Part shown: in pieces, positions 7,824 to 11,831 of the stretch | Position numbering within the stretch: position 1 is the stretch's first letter | Layout: the number at the start of each line of letters is the position of its first letter | Source of the DNA: Atribacterota bacterium | GTDB lineage: Bacteria; Atribacterota; Phoenicimicrobiia; Phoenicimicrobiales; Phoenicimicrobiaceae | Length of the DNA stretch: 11,831 nucleotides | Direction: 5' to 3' | NCBI GenBank assembly: GCA_038203565.1 | Contig: JBBRDV010000042.1 | Location: 1-11,831 of the forward strand | Position numbers and translations under genes: made by a program | Notes under the pieces: model-generated | What the model saw: the letters and a program-made list of their open reading frames with translations, nothing else | Database searches by the model: none | What the model was told of the DNA's origin: nothing

Positions 7824-8582
7824 ATGTACTTGTTCTATAGGTTACTATTAGCGCACATAATTGCAGATTTTCCCTTACAAACCAAACAAATATTCAAAGT
7901 AAAGACCAATACTGAATGGGGAGTGCTAATTCACACCCTGATCGTATTGATATTTTCTATTCTCTTTGCTTTCCCCTATTTGGAAACCCCGGGATTCATC
8001 ATTATACTTTGGGTTATATTTCTGTCTCACACACTAATTGATAAAATAAAATTAGAGTATTCCAAAAAAAATACCAATCAGGATATAAAAATATTTTTAC
8101 TTGATCAATTTTTGCATATATCAATAATTGCAGCATTAAGTTTTAATTTTAATAAAATTTATTTATTAATTTCTCCATTTAATAATGCCTTTTTAAATTA
8201 CTTGATAGATACTTATAATAATGATATATTTATTGTAAGCTTAATAGGGTATATCGCTTCGGTATTCTTTATTCCCATTTTACTTATTTACGTAAGAGAA
8301 GAAGGTATTCCTGCTAATCCTAAAAAATTAAAAGAACAAAAAATACTAAGTATTAAAATACCGGAAAATCAAATATTAGATAAATTTTATCGCTTGTTTT
8401 TGACTCTCTCAGCGCAGTACTTAGATGATAAATATATCATTGTAATTTTTATATGTTTTGTAATCATAAGCTTTGTTCCCTATCAAAGGAGTGCAGAAAG
8501 AGTGGAAAAGGTATATAATCTAAAAAGGATTATTAATTCATCATTGGCAATATTTATCGGAATAATATTAAAAATGATTTAA
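7824..8582 (+). CDS. DUF3307-like integral membrane protein
   Basis: GGAG at 7809-7812 then ATG 7824 (the TTG 7773 extension runs through repeat DNA); pattern LLAHIIADFPLQ...LIH...SHTLID...LDQFLHI and several hydrophobic helices. Confidence 0.8.
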   Translation: MYLFYRLLLAHIIADFPLQTKQIFKVKTNTEWGVLIHTLIVLIFSILFAFPYLETPGFIIILWVIFLSHTLIDKIKLEYSKKNTNQDIKIFLLDQFLHISIIAALSFNFNKIYLLISPFNNAFLNYLIDTYNNDIFIVSLIGYIASVFFIPILLIYVREEGIPANPKKLKEQKILSIKIPENQILDKFYRLFLTLSAQYLDDKYIIVIFICFVIISFVPYQRSAERVEKVYNLKRIINSSLAIFIGIILKMI

Positions 8583-8621
8583 CTTCCAGGCAGCTTAAGC
8601 AACGGAGGAAATGAAAGAAAA

Positions 8622-10346
8622 ATGAAGAGGATAACAGATAAGAGTATTACCGGACACTTTTTATCAGATATATTATATGAAAAGAGATTGATTACCAATG
8701 AACAGTTAGATAGAATTTTAAAAATTCAGAAAGATAACGGCGGTAAGGAACTTCAGAAAATAATTATTGACCTTGGTATCCTTAAAAAAGACGAGATGAT
8801 GCTTGCCTTAGCTGATGAAATTGGAGAAAAATACGTAAATTTAAATGATATAACCATTGACCCTATCATAGTAGTTCTAATCCCGGAAGAGATGGCCAGA
8901 AGACATCAGCTTATTGCTATAGACAAAGATGAAAAAAAATTGACCGTAGCCATGGCGAACCCCTTAGATGTTTTTGCCCATGATGAACTGAAAATAAGAT
9001 TGGGATATAATATCGAGTCAGTATTGTCCTACGGTGAGGATATCAATAAAGCCTTAGACGAAGTATTCGGAGTTACCGATGAATGGGATTCGGTTATTGG
9101 TAAAATCGAAAATATGCAGATAACTGTACTGGAAGAAGAAGAAAAAGAGAGAGCCAACATTTCTGCCATAACTGAAAGCGAAGAAGCTCCCGTTGTTGCT
9201 CTGGTTAACCTGGCAATTTTAAGAGCAGTTAAAGAGAAGGCCAGTGATATTCATATTGAACCGTTTGGCGAGGATATACTTAAAGTTCGCTACCGAATAG
9301 ACGGAATATTACATGATGTGATGTCTCTCCCCCGGAACCTGCAATTGTCAGTTATTTCCCGAATTAAAATAATGTCTGATTTGGATATTGCTGAAAAGAG
9401 ATTACCTCAAGATGGTAGAATTCAGGTGAATGTTGGGGGAAGAAATATTAATATAAGAGTTTCGATCTTGCCTGCAGTCACTGGAGAGAGTGCAGTTTTA
9501 AGAATACTGGATCCCTCGAGCATCTTATTAGAATTAGATTCTTTAGGTTTTTCTCCCGATATTCTTCCTAATTTCTTATCATTAATAAAAAAACCTAACG
9601 GCATAATCTTAGTTACCGGTCCGACAGGAAGTGGAAAATCTACTACGCTATACACCACACTAAATTTGCTAAACTCAACCGAAAAGAAGATTATGACTAT
9701 TGAAGACCCGGTAGAATATAGATTAAAAGGAATCAGTCAGGTACAAGCTAAACCCAAAATCGGGCTTACTTTTGCCGCTGGATTAAGAAGTTTCCTGCGG
9801 CAAGACCCCGATATTATGCTGGTGGGAGAGATTAGAGATAAAGAGACCGCTGAAATAGCTGTTCAGGCAGCTCTTACCGGACATATTGTCCTGAGCACCC
9901 TTCATACCAACGATGCTCCCAGTTCGGTGATAAGATTAATTGATATGGGAATAGAGCCCTTTTTAATTTCCTCTGCGGTGGTGGGAATTATAGCTCAAAG
10001 ATTAGTCAGAAGGATATGTTCTAAATGTAAGAAAGAAATTAAGATGACTCCTGATATCAAAAAAATTCTGGATGAATATGGAATAAACAGTAATGAAATA
10101 ACCTTATATAAAGGTGAAGGATGTCCTTACTGCAAAGAAACGGGGTATAAAGGGAGAATCGCTATCTTTGAGATGATGGTAATTACTGACAATATTAGAG
10201 ATTTGATTAGTAATAATGCTACTACCGCAAAACTAAGAGAAACTGCCATTAAGGAAGGAATGTGTCAATTAAGGGAAGATGGTATAAAGAAAGTTTGCGA
10301 AGGTCTAACTACTATAGATGAAATTTTACGAGTCGCCTCATCTTAA
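8622..10346 (+). CDS. pilB: Type IV pilus / T2SS assembly ATPase PilB/GspE family (PilB-2) with degenerate MshEN motif
   Basis: GGAGG at 8604-8608; ASDIHIEP, EKRLPQDGR, Walker A GPTGSGKST, TIEDPVE, LRQDPDIMLVGEIRD, TGHIVLSTLHTND, CSKC...CPYC. Confidence 0.92.
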   Translation: MKRITDKSITGHFLSDILYEKRLITNEQLDRILKIQKDNGGKELQKIIIDLGILKKDEMMLALADEIGEKYVNLNDITIDPIIVVLIPEEMARRHQLIAIDKDEKKLTVAMANPLDVFAHDELKIRLGYNIESVLSYGEDINKALDEVFGVTDEWDSVIGKIENMQITVLEEEEKERANISAITESEEAPVVALVNLAILRAVKEKASDIHIEPFGEDILKVRYRIDGILHDVMSLPRNLQLSVISRIKIMSDLDIAEKRLPQDGRIQVNVGGRNINIRVSILPAVTGESAVLRILDPSSILLELDSLGFSPDILPNFLSLIKKPNGIILVTGPTGSGKSTTLYTTLNLLNSTEKKIMTIEDPVEYRLKGISQVQAKPKIGLTFAAGLRSFLRQDPDIMLVGEIRDKETAEIAVQAALTGHIVLSTLHTNDAPSSVIRLIDMGIEPFLISSAVVGIIAQRLVRRICSKCKKEIKMTPDIKKILDEYGINSNEITLYKGEGCPYCKETGYKGRIAIFEMMVITDNIRDLISNNATTAKLRETAIKEGMCQLREDGIKKVCEGLTTIDEILRVASS

Positions 10347-10356
10347 GATAATCTCT

Positions 10357-10383
10357 GTCATTCCCACGAAAGTGGGAATCCAG
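10357..10383. repeat. dRS3/REP-like palindromic element GTCATTCCCACGAAAGTGGGAATCCAG
   Basis: ATTCCC-N8-GGGAAT at 10360-10379; 8-bp stem attcccac/gtgggaat closing a GAAA loop. Confidence 0.75.
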
Positions 10384-10425
10384 GAGTGAAAGATAAAAAA
10401 TATAATATGTATAGAGGTAAATAAA

Positions 10426-11553
10426 TTGCTTAGTCTTGAGAACGAAGGAAATAATTTGGAAAAACTAAAAATACAAATATTACACTTAAATGCCCTAAAT
10501 AATATTTCTTTGGATTTAACCAGAACCACAGATTTAGATGCCCTATTAAATAAAATAATAGAATATGCCGCAATAATTGTAAAGGCTGAAGCCGCTTCTA
10601 TATTACTTTTAGACAAAAAAAACAATGAATTATATTTTAAAGCAAGCCTGGGCAAAAAAAGCAAAGAAATAAAAAAATATAAAGTAAAAGTTGGTGAAGG
10701 AATAGCCGGTTGGGTAGCAGAAAAAGGAAAGTCGCTGATAGTTAATGATGCTGCTAAAGATACGAGATGGAACAAAAGTATTGATAGTTCCACAAAATTT
10801 ACCACTAAATCACTTATTTGTGTTCCCTTAATTTTAGAAAAAGATATCATGGGAGTCGTGGAAGTAATTAATAAAAAAGATGAAGAATGTTTTGATAAGA
10901 ATGACGAAGAAATTTTAATTTCTTTTGCCAATCAAGTAGTCATCGCCTTATGGAATGCAAATGTTGTAGAGGATTTGAATAATTATTTTACACATATTAC
11001 CGAGATATTAATCCAGGCATTGGAAAATGAATCACTTGGTCCCAAAGGACATTTTATGAGATTGGCTCAATTAGCTGCACAAATTGGTAGTAAGCTGGGA
11101 ATAACCGGAAAGGAATATAATAATTTATATTACGCTTCTCTGCTGCATGACATAGGTAAAATAAAAGTGAGTAGAAAGATTGATATTAACTTTAAAGCAA
11201 AAGATAGTTTTCATTTGGTTCAAAGTGAAATTAGTTTACATCCTGTAGTAGGTGCAAACATGCTTAAACAGATTAATTTATTTAAAGATATTGTTCCTAT
11301 CGTAAAACATCATCATGAAAACTATGATGGAACAGGTTATCCTGACGGATTAAGTGGTGAAGAAATTCCCCTTACCTCTAGAATAATAGCAGCAGTTGAA
11401 GATTATACCAAAATAATTTATAATAAGCCTATAGAGAGTCATTCTGAAAATGAGGAAGCGTTAAACAAATTTTTTTCTCTTGCCGGAACAAAGTACGACC
11501 CAAAAGTCATCAATACCCTAAAAGAAATTATCAACCAATTGGAGAATTGGTGA
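10426..11553 (+). CDS. GAF + HD-GYP domain protein (cyclic di-GMP phosphodiesterase family, possibly degenerate)
   Basis: TTG start after GAGGT; GAF domain (AEAASILLLD, GEGIAGWVA, TKSLICVPL, GVVEVINK, FANQ); HD-GYP domain (LLHDIGK, HPVVG, HHHENYDGTGYPDGLSGEEIP..SRII). Confidence 0.9.
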   Translation: MLSLENEGNNLEKLKIQILHLNALNNISLDLTRTTDLDALLNKIIEYAAIIVKAEAASILLLDKKNNELYFKASLGKKSKEIKKYKVKVGEGIAGWVAEKGKSLIVNDAAKDTRWNKSIDSSTKFTTKSLICVPLILEKDIMGVVEVINKKDEECFDKNDEEILISFANQVVIALWNANVVEDLNNYFTHITEILIQALENESLGPKGHFMRLAQLAAQIGSKLGITGKEYNNLYYASLLHDIGKIKVSRKIDINFKAKDSFHLVQSEISLHPVVGANMLKQINLFKDIVPIVKHHHENYDGTGYPDGLSGEEIPLTSRIIAAVEDYTKIIYNKPIESHSENEEALNKFFSLAGTKYDPKVINTLKEIINQLENW

Positions 11554-11572
11554 ATAGGCCAATTGGCAAATT
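11533..11572 (+). repeat. Degenerate tandem octamer array (GGNNAATT)
   Basis: aaccaatt-ggagaatt-ggtgaata-ggccaatt-ggcaaatt, spanning the last codons and stop of the HD-GYP gene. Confidence 0.65.
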
Positions 11573-11597
11573 ATTTAAATCGAGGTGAATTTAACCA

Positions 11598-11831
11598 ATG
11601 GCTACCTTTGTCTATAAAGTCCGAGACCGCTCGGGTAAAATCTTTAGCGGAAACATGGAAGGGGAAAATAGAATCTCAGTTGTTTCTCGACTCAGAGAAA
11701 TGGATTACTATATTACTTCCGTCATCGAAAAAAAGAAAAATATTCTATTTTCTACGCAATTAAACCTTTTCAAAGGCATAAAACTCAGAGACCTAACCAT
11801 ATTTTATCGACAATTTGCTACCATGGTTAAT
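11598..11831 (+). CDS. pilC: Type IV pilus / T2SS inner-membrane platform protein PilC/GspF (5' part, runs off the window)
   Basis: Not in the ORF track. GAGGTG at 11582-11587, ATG 11598, open to the end: MATFVYKVRDRSGKIFSGNMEGENRISVVSRLREMDYYITSVIEKKKNILFSTQLNLFKGIKLRDLTIFYRQFATMVN, fitting the PilC N-terminus (F.Y...D..G....G, L..F.RQFATM); downstream of pilB-2. Confidence 0.88.
   Translation, partial: MATFVYKVRDRSGKIFSGNMEGENRISVVSRLREMDYYITSVIEKKKNILFSTQLNLFKGIKLRDLTIFYRQFATMVN

Noticed and set aside
8611..8625. Mini-ORF MKEK* whose stop overlaps the pilB-2 ATG
   Set aside because: Its ATG is only 2 nt from GGAGG, too close for efficient initiation; probably chance.
10401..10406. TATAAT upstream of the HD-GYP gene
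   Set aside because: No matching -35 or extended -10 TG; common by chance in AT-rich spacers.
458..10931. Minus-strand ORFs (458-1024, 1625-1867, 2863-3063, 3340-3687, 5727-6068, 6005-6259, 6922-7113, 9422-9658, 10338-10931)
   Set aside because: All lie largely antisense to well-supported genes, have shadow-like F/S/L/I-rich composition and no recognisable motifs; WIPTFVGMT in 10338-10931 is just the translated palindromic repeat.
11563..11763. 66-aa + strand ORF from the track
   Set aside because: Starts within the octamer repeat, has no motif, and overlaps the better-supported pilC frame.

Overview
AT-rich bacterial chromosomal segment with all credible genes on the + strand: 3' part of rpsA, a first PilB/GspE-family ATPase, alaS, ruvX/yqgF, mltG, a YqeG-family HAD phosphatase, a DUF3307-like membrane protein, a second PilB/GspE ATPase, a GAF + HD-GYP protein, and the 5' end of a PilC/GspF platform gene (11598..>11831) missed by the ORF track. 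Housekeeping genes are interleaved with a type IV pilus/T2SS locus. Most notable: (1) PilB-1 has a near-canonical tandem MshEN c-di-GMP-binding motif, whereas PilB-2 has lost the key RLG/G residues but sits next to a GAF-HD-GYP protein with a partly degenerate active site, placed where pilT often lies; (2) most larger intergenic gaps hold structured repeats: inverted AGTATAT heptamer arrays, GGNNAATT-type octamers, a perfect 43-bp palindrome and a dRS3/REP-like element; (3) a hairpin upstream of alaS has a 3' arm that could instead pair with the alaS ribosome-binding site. No CRISPR, RNA gene, transposase or phage gene was seen. Whether any of this is undescribed cannot be established without database searches.
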